Below, piece after piece: positions 20,073-28,633 of a DNA stretch of 64,000 nt. The DNA is from Pseudomonadota bacterium. Its GTDB lineage: Bacteria > Pseudomonadota > Alphaproteobacteria > Paracaedibacterales > CAITNM01. The stretch is taken from NCBI GenBank assembly GCA_046309815.1, contig JBKCOJ010000010.1, forward strand, positions 6,997-70,996. The letters run 5' to 3'. Below the pieces are notes generated by a model, which was given only the letters and a program-made list of their open reading frames with translations, was not told where the DNA came from and did no database searches. The number at the start of each line of letters is the position of its first letter. Positions within the stretch are counted from its first letter, which is position 1. Both the position numbers and the translations under genes were made by a program.

Positions 20073-20149
20073 TGGTCGGGACGAGAGGATTCGAACCTCC
20101 GACATCCAGTACCCAAAACTGGCGCGCTACCAGGCTGCGCTACGTCCCG
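20073..20149 (-). tRNA. tRNA-Pro (anticodon UGG)
   Basis: The reverse complement folds as a cloverleaf: acceptor CGGGACG/CGTCCCG, D stem GCGC/GCGC, anticodon stem CCAGT/ACTGG with loop TTTGGGT, T-loop GGAGGTTCGAATCCTCT. CCA is encoded. Confidence 0.9.
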
Positions 20150-20212
20150 AACTCTACATACAGTATCTGAAAAAAAGTCAGTTGCCAAGTAAAATCAAGG
20201 GCTCTTTTGTAT

Positions 20213-20929
20213 TCAAGGCTGAATAAATTTCTTAATGCCTTCTGATCCCTCAAAATGTGAGGTTCTGTTCGAATCAATGGTAATTGTAAAAGGCTCACGC
20301 GCTGATTTGAGATCAAGGGAGTGGAGAATTTCTTCATGATGTGATGCTTCTACGTTATTAAATATGCTAATAAATTCAAAATTTGCGATGAGGGTATTAT
20401 TTTGCAGGGTTAGGGATTGTATTTTGTAATGAAATTCAAGACTAGAAATGCTTTCTTTCGAGCAAAATTCTTCGGGTATGTACCGAGAGACTTGGCAGCT
20501 ATAGCCTGACAATGGGTAGGTGGCGACAACGCTAATATTTTCTCCGAAGCTCATAATTTGGCCGAAAACGTGATGTTCTCCAGTCCCTCCCGTAGAGGTA
20601 ACAATAATGACTTCATTGGACGCTAAAAAGGCCATTTCTTCCTGAGAAAGAACGGCAAATATAGGGCCGCATTCTATTGTATGTATAGGTTTATCTTGTG
20701 AAATAATGTATAAAATCCCAAGATGTGAGCCGCCGGCAAAACTCAGAAAGGTATACTCAATATTATTGATTTTGAGCTTGCGCAGATAATCAGGTGACAT
20801 TTTGTGTATAAGCTTATTTTTGTAATACTCATTTTTGGTGTGAGGAATAAGCAAATCATAGGTGTCAGCCAGGGCGCAAAATCCTCTAGAAATAAAAAGC
20901 GAAATTACCAATATTAATACTTTTTTCAT
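20213..20929 (-). CDS. hypothetical periplasmic protein, third gene of the dgkA / eptA-like operon
   Basis: Signal peptide MKKVLILVISLFISRGFCALA. 4-nt overlap with the upstream transferase gene. No family recognised. Confidence 0.5.
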   Translation of the reverse strand: MKKVLILVISLFISRGFCALADTYDLLIPHTKNEYYKNKLIHKMSPDYLRKLKINNIEYTFLSFAGGSHLGILYIISQDKPIHTIECGPIFAVLSQEEMAFLASNEVIIVTSTGGTGEHHVFGQIMSFGENISVVATYPLSGYSCQVSRYIPEEFCSKESISSLEFHYKIQSLTLQNNTLIANFEFISIFNNVEASHHEEILHSLDLKSAREPFTITIDSNRTSHFEGSEGIKKFIQP

Positions 20930-22569
20930 GCCGATTTTTTTTCATCCACCCACTGATTTTCTAAAAAGATAGCTTGTCCTTTTTCTATTTTCCAAGGCAT
21001 GAATTCATAATTAGCATAAAGTTCGCTACCATGTACGTATTGCAGGTGAGAATTTTCATTCGGATTGGTAATGGTCGCACCAAAAAGGGTGGCTATATAT
21101 TTGGCAAGATCATAATGACTGATGATAGGCTGATTTTTTAATGAAGAAATTAAGGCAGGTTTTGGTGCTAATATCCAAATGGGTACATCAGCCACTTCTG
21201 GTTGCATTTGGTTGTGTCCAAAAAGACCTCGTTCTCCTAATAGTTGTCCATGGTCGCTGGTAAAGAGAATTACCGTATCGTCTTGGATATGTGGCTTGAT
21301 TCGATCATCATAGATTGTTTCGTCTATTATCATTTTTTTGATTATTGTTAAAATGCACTGTTTCACCCAGTAATCATGATAAGCAATTGCATTTGAATAT
21401 TCTTGCTGACTTTGTGACGTGCGATTCTTATGATCAATTGATTTTGCAAGCTCTGGACGGTATTTTTCATATGCATTAAATGGAGAATGAACGTGACGTA
21501 AGTGAATAACGATAAAGTTTTTCTCACCTAATTCAAGCATTGATAATTTATCAAGTAATGCTTCATCACCTTTTTCGTTTAGGGCATCACGCATGTCTTT
21601 TTCTGACGCAAATATATCAACAAATTCGGTTCCTGTATCATGAAAAAGCTTTTCATTTTGGCCAGAAAGCACAAAGGTCTTATATCCTTGGTGTTTGGCA
21701 AGACGAAAGAGATTGGCTTCTTTTTTTCTAATAAGGTCAAGAAAGCCGGGATTATGGAAGCTATTAAAGAATGTTTGCAAACATGCACGCGTTGAGACAC
21801 TGCTGGAAATGCCTTTGGCAAAGATAAAATTAGGCATACTTTTTAAAGAATCTAAAAAGGGTGTATTGTTTTCCTTGTAGCCATATAAGTGCATGTATCG
21901 GCTACTTAAGCTTTCGCCTACGATGAGTACAATATTTTTAACTTTTGAGTGACCATAGGTAATGGTATAGGGTTTGTAGGCAAAATCTTTGTCTTTATGA
22001 TCTAATCGTACAAGCCAGTCTGAGAAGGCACGAACCGTATTGTAAATCGTGCTGTAAGTTGGTTTTGTGTAAAAGAAGGAGGGGCCCTTGATGTAAGACA
22101 GAACAGGAGTAATTGCGAGAATCAAGAAAATCAGAATGCCTGTATAAGAATATTTTAGGCGATCTTTTGTATATAAAGGCGCCACGATAATAAGGCTGGT
22201 AGAGACAACTAATGTCAACCAAACAGGCCACAGGGAATGGGATAGAGATATTCCAGTTTGAAAAATTTCATCGAGCTCAAAAAAAACTTTTGAAATGTCT
22301 TGAGAATGGATGGGAGCGCCGAAATATGCCCAATGATTTACCTGAATGATTTGGGTAATTATGATTAATCCTAATACAACTTTCAGCACCCAGCGATTAC
22401 GCACAAAACTCAATGCGCCTGAAAAACCAATAACGCCAAGGAAAGTGGTAAGAGGAATTCTGCAGGTAAGCATTTTGGTAATGTAACCGAGCAACAAGTC
22501 CGGCAAAAGAATTCCAAGGCTTATAAGACTTAGAAAAAGAAGATTTAAAACCACAAACAGGCAATCCAT
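20926..22569 (-). CDS. phosphoethanolamine transferase-like membrane sulfatase-family enzyme (EptA-like)
   Basis: N-terminal multi-TM region plus a periplasmic alkaline-phosphatase/sulfatase domain (IVLIVGESLSSRYMHLYGY, HLRHVHSPF, FTSDHGQLLGERGLFGH). Confidence 0.75.
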   Translation of the reverse strand: MDCLFVVLNLLFLSLISLGILLPDLLLGYITKMLTCRIPLTTFLGVIGFSGALSFVRNRWVLKVVLGLIIITQIIQVNHWAYFGAPIHSQDISKVFFELDEIFQTGISLSHSLWPVWLTLVVSTSLIIVAPLYTKDRLKYSYTGILIFLILAITPVLSYIKGPSFFYTKPTYSTIYNTVRAFSDWLVRLDHKDKDFAYKPYTITYGHSKVKNIVLIVGESLSSRYMHLYGYKENNTPFLDSLKSMPNFIFAKGISSSVSTRACLQTFFNSFHNPGFLDLIRKKEANLFRLAKHQGYKTFVLSGQNEKLFHDTGTEFVDIFASEKDMRDALNEKGDEALLDKLSMLELGEKNFIVIHLRHVHSPFNAYEKYRPELAKSIDHKNRTSQSQQEYSNAIAYHDYWVKQCILTIIKKMIIDETIYDDRIKPHIQDDTVILFTSDHGQLLGERGLFGHNQMQPEVADVPIWILAPKPALISSLKNQPIISHYDLAKYIATLFGATITNPNENSHLQYVHGSELYANYEFMPWKIEKGQAIFLENQWVDEKKSA

Positions 22570-22898
22570 ACAAAAGCTACAAGCACGAGTGCTAGCAAAA
22601 CAGCGGCGGATGCTGCATCTTTTACAAAGCCAATAGCAAGATCATGTTCCATGGTGACTCGGTCGGCTAGTCGTTCAATAGCGCTGTTGATTAATTCTAG
22701 AGATAGCACAACTAAGTATACCGCTAACATAATCATTTTTCTAAACATTGATACCTGGAAGAAATACAGAGATATCAATAAAAAAGGGAGAAGATAAACC
22801 TCTAAGCGAAAGGAATAATCGTTTTTAAATGTTGCTTTTATGCCTGTGCAGGAATACATAAGACTTTTTTTGAGTTTGTTGATCATAGCGCTTACCAT
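22545..22898 (-). CDS. dgkA: diacylglycerol kinase
   Basis: 117 aa, 3 TM, ELINSAIERLADRV and KDAASAAVLLALV motifs of DgkA. Overlaps the eptA-like start by 25 nt. Confidence 0.85.
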   Translation of the reverse strand: MVSAMINKLKKSLMYSCTGIKATFKNDYSFRLEVYLLPFLLISLYFFQVSMFRKMIMLAVYLVVLSLELINSAIERLADRVTMEHDLAIGFVKDAASAAVLLALVLVAFVWIACLWF

Positions 22899-22953
22899 TT
22901 ATTTACTTTTACTTTGCTAGAGTTTTTAGTAACAAGCAAGATTAAGTGTTTAT

Positions 22954-23388
22954 TTGAGTCGTCTTTTAAGTGCATTAAACAAAATATTAAGAGTAAAGCA
23001 GCACAATATTGATCAACTGCGTCAACGGGCTTCACTGCTTACTGAGCAAATTGCCTTACGTCAGTTGGCTATTGAAAAAAATATATCTCACATTAATACC
23101 GAGCGACTAATTGCATCTGTAAATATCACAGGTTCAGATACTCTTGAGGTATTTGTGAAGCAAAAAACACAGCAAAATAAACAATACAACCAAGAGTGTG
23201 AGGAGCTTCAGCTGCTGGCTAACGAAGTGCAGGAGCAATTATATAATGCATATGTCGAGCAAAAGCAGTTCGAAAAAGTTAAAAATTCTGAGCAAATTAA
23301 AATCGATAACGAAGAAAAACGCAAGGAAATTCAAGTAATTGATGAAATAGCGCGGCAGATAAATATAAATAATTTGACTAAAAATTAA
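22954..23388 (+). CDS. coiled-coil protein, possible flagellar export protein FliJ
   Basis: 144 aa, all helical and Gln/Glu/Lys-rich. The N-terminus (LNKILRVKQHNIDQLRQRASLL) resembles the FliJ pattern. TTG start. Weak evidence. Confidence 0.4.
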   Translation: MSRLLSALNKILRVKQHNIDQLRQRASLLTEQIALRQLAIEKNISHINTERLIASVNITGSDTLEVFVKQKTQQNKQYNQECEELQLLANEVQEQLYNAYVEQKQFEKVKNSEQIKIDNEEKRKEIQVIDEIARQININNLTKN

Positions 23389-23457
23389 ATAAAATTTACA
23401 ATAAATTGTAGTATTGATCTACATAGATTAAATTTACAGAGTGAGGGTAAAAAAACT

Positions 23458-24129
23458 ATGGGTAAATATCTTTCTGAAGGTTTAGGGACGTGTCTTTTAG
23501 TGCTTTTCGGTTGCGGAAGTGCTGTGTTGGCAGGAGCCCATATAGGTTTAGTTGGAGTAGCATTAGCATTTGGTTTTGCTTTATTGATACTCACGTACTG
23601 GTTAGGACCAATCTCCGGTTGCCACCTTAATCCGGCTGTTACAATTACGTTAGCATGCACAAAAAAATTTCCAATGAGTGAAGTCGCTCCCTATATTGTT
23701 TCGCAGCTCGTGGGCGCTGTTCTTGGCGCGTACTTGTTATTGCATATTGCACATGGGCATGCTCATTTTAGTTTAGAGGCTGGCTTTGCTTGCAATGGTT
23801 TCGGTGAGCATTCTCCCGGAGGATTCTCAGAGCTTAGTTGTCTGATTACAGAAGCGGTGATGACGACGGTATTACTTTTGGCAGCACTTGCAACAACGCG
23901 TAAAAAATTTCCAACAGATGTGACAGGCCTATTTATGGGTGTGACACTTGCTTCAATTCACTTACTAAGTATTCCTGTTACGAATACATCAGTGAACATA
24001 GCGCGAAGCCTTGGTGTTGCTGTCATTCACGGTGGGTGGGCAATGCACCAACTATGGTTGTTTGGTGTAGCACAACTTATTGCTATAGTTGTGGCTATTG
24101 TTCTCTTCAGAGCTATTGAAGAAAACTAA
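23458..24129 (+). CDS. aqpZ: aquaporin Z-type MIP channel
   Basis: Collinear with AqpZ as recalled: GCGSAVLA, HLNPAVT, NGFGEHSPGGFS, IPVTNTSVNIARS (second NPA reads NIA), GGWAMHQLW. Confidence 0.9.
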   Translation: MGKYLSEGLGTCLLVLFGCGSAVLAGAHIGLVGVALAFGFALLILTYWLGPISGCHLNPAVTITLACTKKFPMSEVAPYIVSQLVGAVLGAYLLLHIAHGHAHFSLEAGFACNGFGEHSPGGFSELSCLITEAVMTTVLLLAALATTRKKFPTDVTGLFMGVTLASIHLLSIPVTNTSVNIARSLGVAVIHGGWAMHQLWLFGVAQLIAIVVAIVLFRAIEEN

Positions 24130-24153
24130 AATATATTGTTAAAAGCTTAAGCG

Positions 24154-24179
24154 AAAAGCCCCCTAAAGGGGGCTTTTTT
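24154..24179 (+). terminator. rho-independent terminator after aqpZ
   Basis: GCCCCC-TAAA-GGGGGC hairpin followed by T6. Confidence 0.75.
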
Positions 24180-24233
24180 CATTGACAATACAAAGAAATT
24201 TCTTTAATAGAGGATAATATTTTTTATTATCTA

Positions 24234-25289
24234 GTGACTATGAGTAAAGTATTTATATTTTTAGTGTATTGTTTCGTAAATTTAAACTGTGTGGTAACGA
24301 CTGAAGAGAGTGCAAGTTCAGCAGAAAGAATTTGGCTCAGAAAAGCAAGTGTAGACGATGTAGCCTTGATAGCGCCGTCTGGTGTTGATGAATCTGAAAT
24401 AGAAGAGTTTAAAGGGCAAATAAGAAATCAAATAGAATCTCAAGAAGGTTGCGATATTTGTGGTACGTATCTTGTTTTCAAAGATGATACTAAAATCGGT
24501 TTGGTTACGCTTTCGAATAGTTCGCAAGAATACTATCAAAGCTCTTCTCATATATATGGATTTGATACCGGAGAATATATAGATCGAACTATTTTTCTGG
24601 ATAGAATTTATGTAGGCAAGGGATACTTTCGGCAACTTCATGCTGCAGTAATGGATTTAATAATCCCTTTTATAGGAAGGACTCATAATGTGCTTGGCTT
24701 TGATGGCAAGTTGACAATGAGCAGCAACCCTTTGAAGGGTACAAGAGGATTAATTGACTTGTCTAATATTCCTAGTCTTCGAGCAGGGTTAAAAGCAGGC
24801 GGTACTCTTGCTTGGGTTGATGACGATCATGAACATTGGATTATGGAGTTTCCTGCGAGGATGCCGTCAAATGAAGTAGAAAAAGAGCTTCTAAAAATTG
24901 CTGAAAAAATTATAGATGCGTCTCTTTCGAGCTTTCAAATTAAAAATTCTGAGGAAGTAAAAAAAACGTGTTTGGCAGAAGCTAGTTTATTAATTCAAAA
25001 TGATTTAGAGAATTTCGGAATTTTTGGTGAAAGTGATTTCTTGGAAAGAATAATTGATCAATTTGTTCAAGTTTTTGTGGATGAGAGAAATAAGGAAAAA
25101 ATACGAGAATCACTCGGAACTCGCATGATAACGGATGAGTATACAGATTCACAAAAAGAATTTTTAAATACTCTCATGGAAAAAGTATTGGAAAACTATT
25201 TTCATGAAGAGGGGGCAATACCCTCTACCATAATAGCTCGAGAAGCTCTTTCTACCTATTATTATCCATGGATAAAGCTTTTTAAATGA
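24234..25289 (+). CDS. hypothetical secreted protein with a GNAT-like N-terminal half and a helical C-terminal half
   Basis: Signal-like N-terminus. FLDRIYVGKGYFRQLHAAVMDLIIPFIG resembles GNAT motif A. No confident family. Confidence 0.45.
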   Translation: MTMSKVFIFLVYCFVNLNCVVTTEESASSAERIWLRKASVDDVALIAPSGVDESEIEEFKGQIRNQIESQEGCDICGTYLVFKDDTKIGLVTLSNSSQEYYQSSSHIYGFDTGEYIDRTIFLDRIYVGKGYFRQLHAAVMDLIIPFIGRTHNVLGFDGKLTMSSNPLKGTRGLIDLSNIPSLRAGLKAGGTLAWVDDDHEHWIMEFPARMPSNEVEKELLKIAEKIIDASLSSFQIKNSEEVKKTCLAEASLLIQNDLENFGIFGESDFLERIIDQFVQVFVDERNKEKIRESLGTRMITDEYTDSQKEFLNTLMEKVLENYFHEEGAIPSTIIAREALSTYYYPWIKLFK

Positions 25290-25371
25290 GGAGATTTTTG
25301 TAGTTTAAAGATTTACTTTCAGCATAATTTCTATTATGTAGTGGGTGGTTACCCTATCCAAAGGTAAGCAT

Positions 25372-25629
25372 ATGCACAAGTGGTATAGAAAATATATGCT
25401 GGTAGTTGGAATTCTTGGGCAATTCCTTTTTTATTCTCAATTTTATACGATTATTCACCACAAGAGTGCGACAAATGTATCCTTAGAAGGATTTTTGTGT
25501 TCTTTAATCACCGTAATAAGTTGGTTGATCTATGGGGTAATCATGCGCGACAAGGTGCTGATCATCTCAAACATTGTTGGTCTTCTTGGGGCCTTTGGAG
25601 TTGTTATCGCAATTTTAATTTATCAATAG
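25372..25629 (+). CDS. SemiSWEET / PQ-loop family 3-TM sugar transporter
   Basis: ~85 aa with three TM helices. Aligns by eye with the bacterial SemiSWEET pattern (FLFYSQFYTIIHHKSATNVSL...WLIYGVIMRD). ATG 25372 lies inside the track ORF that starts at 25345. Confidence 0.65.
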   Translation: MHKWYRKYMLVVGILGQFLFYSQFYTIIHHKSATNVSLEGFLCSLITVISWLIYGVIMRDKVLIISNIVGLLGAFGVVIAILIYQ

Positions 25630-25630
25630 T

Positions 25631-25933
25631 TTACGGAGATGTTGGGGTATCTTCCAAAGGAGTATCTGGAAGCTTACTTTTTAAAACGCCAGTGTTATGA
25701 GATAAGTTTATCTCTAAAGATCTTGCTCTCTCTTCAACAGTGGTTAAGCGGTGCTCCATTTCCTTGGAAAAATTTTTAAAAGAGGTTTGAAGATTCGTAA
25801 TATCATTTTCGATAACATCGATTTTTCTCCGCTCTTCCTTTTTGTTTTTCCATCTTTCGATAATGAGCGGGGGCAATAAACCAGCAAGGAAACCAAGTAG
25901 GGCAGGGATTAAAAATTTCCAGTCAAAAATCAT
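25631..25933 (-). CDS. hypothetical single-TM coiled-coil protein (100 aa)
   Basis: N-terminal TM (FLIPALLGFLAGLLPPLII), then a charged helical region. GGAGG lies upstream. Confidence 0.4.
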   Translation of the reverse strand: MIFDWKFLIPALLGFLAGLLPPLIIERWKNKKEERRKIDVIENDITNLQTSFKNFSKEMEHRLTTVEERARSLEINLSHNTGVLKSKLPDTPLEDTPTSP

Positions 25934-26013
25934 AATTTCCTCCTGTACATTCGGTTTGGAATTTAAAGTTGAGTCATCCGAACGTGGAAATAATACAATA
26001 AAATGTTAGCTTT

Positions 26014-26496
26014 TTAAACTAAAAAATGGTCTTCTTCGCACTCGAGCTTATCGGAAAATACGGTACAGCTGCTAAGATGGATAGTGCCTGTTTTCCCCTC
26101 TGGTGTTTTAGCTTCACAAAAGGACCCTGCGCCAAAATCAAAAACGCCGGTAATATGAGCAAGGATTTTACCATTGGCAATCAAAGGTTGCCCTATTAAT
26201 TTTTCATAGTAGACTTCATCTTCTGAGGAAGGGGGAAGCTGATCCTCAAAAACAAATAGTTGGGTGCCTTTTAAAATTTCTGCTTGGTTACGGGTTGTAA
26301 CCCCTTCAATAAAAGCAATGACCGAATATGGAGGTTTAATGGTAGTTATATTGACAACAATGGGTTCGTGTTTTTGATTTACGAGAGTTCCGTATTCTAT
26401 AAGATTTTCTGGAGAAGTGGTAAAGGTTTTAATTTTAACTTGGCCTTTAATACCATGCGCTGCAACAATTTGACCAAGACAAATAAGACGATTCAT
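26014..26496 (-). CDS. rimM: ribosome maturation factor RimM
   Basis: GQIVAAHGIKGQVKIK N-terminus, a PRC-barrel C-terminus, and position downstream of rpsP. Confidence 0.9.
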   Translation of the reverse strand: MNRLICLGQIVAAHGIKGQVKIKTFTTSPENLIEYGTLVNQKHEPIVVNITTIKPPYSVIAFIEGVTTRNQAEILKGTQLFVFEDQLPPSSEDEVYYEKLIGQPLIANGKILAHITGVFDFGAGSFCEAKTPEGKTGTIHLSSCTVFSDKLECEEDHFLV

Positions 26497-26550
26497 TTAT
26501 AAACTTTGATATCCCGTGGCAAGAACCACGGGAAATATATAGAAAAGCAT

Positions 26551-27075
26551 TTAAGCAGTTGGTTCAGAAGATTCTTCAGCCGGGGCTTCCGCTGGTACTT
26601 CTTCTGCAGGTGCAGTAACTTCTTCAACAGGAGCTTCTGCTGGAGTTTCTGTGGGAACTTCAACTGGTGCGCTTGCTTCTTCCGCTGGCGCTGCTACTGG
26701 TTCAGGAGCTGGTGCCGCAGCAGCAGTTGCTGCTGCTGAGGCTGCTTCTTCAGCTGCTTTTAAACGCTCTTGCGCTTTTTTCTTAGGCTGAGATTTCTTT
26801 GGAGTAACGCTATTTGCTGGTTTTTCAACTAAATTGATATTTGCTAAAAAGCCAATAACGCGATCTGTTGGTTGAGCCCCTACAGAAAGCCAGTATTTTG
26901 CTCGCTCAGCATTAAGAACAACGCGTTCTTTATGACCATGCTCTAAGAATGGGTTGTATGAACCAATACGTTCAACAAAACGACCATCTCTTGGTGCTGT
27001 AGCTTCAGCTACCACAATACGATAGAAAGGACGCTTTTTCGCACCACCACGAGCCAAGCGAATTTTTAATGCCAT
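26551..27075 (-). CDS. rpsP: 30S ribosomal protein S16 with an Ala/Pro/Glu-rich C-terminal extension
   Basis: [23 protein letters not shown]... core, followed by ~80 aa of low-complexity A/P/E sequence. Confidence 0.95.
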   Translation of the reverse strand: MALKIRLARGGAKKRPFYRIVVAEATAPRDGRFVERIGSYNPFLEHGHKERVVLNAERAKYWLSVGAQPTDRVIGFLANINLVEKPANSVTPKKSQPKKKAQERLKAAEEAASAAATAAAAPAPEPVAAPAEEASAPVEVPTETPAEAPVEEVTAPAEEVPAEAPAEESSEPTA

Positions 27076-27098
27076 GTGTATTACTCCTTAAACACTTT

Positions 27099-28451
27099 TT
27101 ACATTCCACGCATCATTGCGCCTAAACCTTGGCGCATGAAACCTTTTTGCCCCATCTTGCCCATCCGTTTGAACATTGTTTGCATTTGTTCAAACTGTTT
27201 GAGCAAGCGGTTAACTTCCATGACTTGCACCCCAGCACCTAAAGCAATACGCTTGCGGCGTGATCCATTTAAGATAGTGGGGTTTCGTCGTTCTTTTTTG
27301 GTCATAGACCGAATAACAGCAAGCTGTCGACGAACGAGGCTGTCATCAAGGCCAGCCCCTTCCAGTTTATCTTGTATTTTGCCAATCCCTGGCAAAAAAC
27401 CAAGCATACTCGAGAGGCCGCCCATTTTTTGCATGCCTTCTAGTTGCTTAGCCATATCATTCAAATCAAAATGCCCTTTTTCTAATTTTTTTGCAAGCTT
27501 TTCTTGATCTTCACTTTCAGCAAGCGCTGAAGCGCGCTCAACCAAGGCTACTATATCTCCCATATCAAGGATACGGCTAGCAACACGATGCGGGTCAAAT
27601 ATTTCTAATTGGTCAACGCGTTCACCCATACCCAAAAATTTAATCGGGCAACCGGTAACATGACGCATCGAAAGGGCAGCGCCGCCTCGTCCATCACCAT
27701 CAGCACGGGTGAGAATAATAGACGTAATGCCTATTGCATCGTTGAAATTTTTGGCAATATTCACCGCGTCTTGTCCGGTTAGGCTGTCGGCGACTAAAAA
27801 TGTTTCGATAGGTTTAGAAAGGGCTTTTATCTCTTTTAGTTCAGTCATCAAATCATCGTCAATGTGTAAACGACCAGCTGTATCTAAGATAATAACATCG
27901 GTGTTCTGCTTTTTAGCATCACTAATAGCTCGCTTAGTAATAGCTAAGGGCTTCTCCTTTTCAACAATAGGAAGGCTTGGGATATCCATCTGCCTCGCAA
28001 GATTTTCTAGCTGCAGCTGTGCAGCCGGACGGTAGACGTCTAAAGAAGCAAGAAGAACATTTTTTTTAAATTTTGTTGTGAGAAGTTTTGCAAGCTTTGC
28101 CGACGTAGTGGTTTTTCCTGATCCTTGTAGGCCGGTCATTAAAATGACCATGGGGGAAGGTGCTGCCAAATTGATTGGTTCAGGTTCATTACCAAGCGCA
28201 TGGATTAGCTGCTCGTTAACAATTTTAACAACCATCTGAGCTGGATTAATGCTTTTGATAAACTCTTGGCCGATAGCTTTTTCTTTAGCTTGCTCGATAA
28301 ATTCTTTAACTACAGGAAGGGCGACGTCAGCTTCCAGAAGCGCAATGCGTATTTCGCGCATAGCCTCATTAACATCATCTTCCGATAAAGTGCCACGCCC
28401 CTTTAATCGGTCAAAAATTCCGGATAAGCGCTCAGATAGTGACTTATACAT
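27099..28451 (-). CDS. ffh: signal recognition particle protein Ffh
   Basis: GLQGSGKTTT, DTAGR and TRADGDGRGGAALS GTPase motifs, plus a Met-rich M domain. Confidence 0.97.
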   Translation of the reverse strand: MYKSLSERLSGIFDRLKGRGTLSEDDVNEAMREIRIALLEADVALPVVKEFIEQAKEKAIGQEFIKSINPAQMVVKIVNEQLIHALGNEPEPINLAAPSPMVILMTGLQGSGKTTTSAKLAKLLTTKFKKNVLLASLDVYRPAAQLQLENLARQMDIPSLPIVEKEKPLAITKRAISDAKKQNTDVIILDTAGRLHIDDDLMTELKEIKALSKPIETFLVADSLTGQDAVNIAKNFNDAIGITSIILTRADGDGRGGAALSMRHVTGCPIKFLGMGERVDQLEIFDPHRVASRILDMGDIVALVERASALAESEDQEKLAKKLEKGHFDLNDMAKQLEGMQKMGGLSSMLGFLPGIGKIQDKLEGAGLDDSLVRRQLAVIRSMTKKERRNPTILNGSRRKRIALGAGVQVMEVNRLLKQFEQMQTMFKRMGKMGQKGFMRQGLGAMMRGM

Positions 28452-28633
28452 AAAACCTCATAAACATACCCATAAAATAGGAAAAATTAGAGTGAATTAC
28501 AAGGATTATAGTCTATTTAACATTTTGGTTTTACCAACGTTAATGGAATGCCTTATGTGTTTAGTCGTCCCATTCAAGAAGAGTCTGCGTGGTAGATTTA
28601 TTGGTGATTTCAGCAGTACCTGGTTTGAGATTA

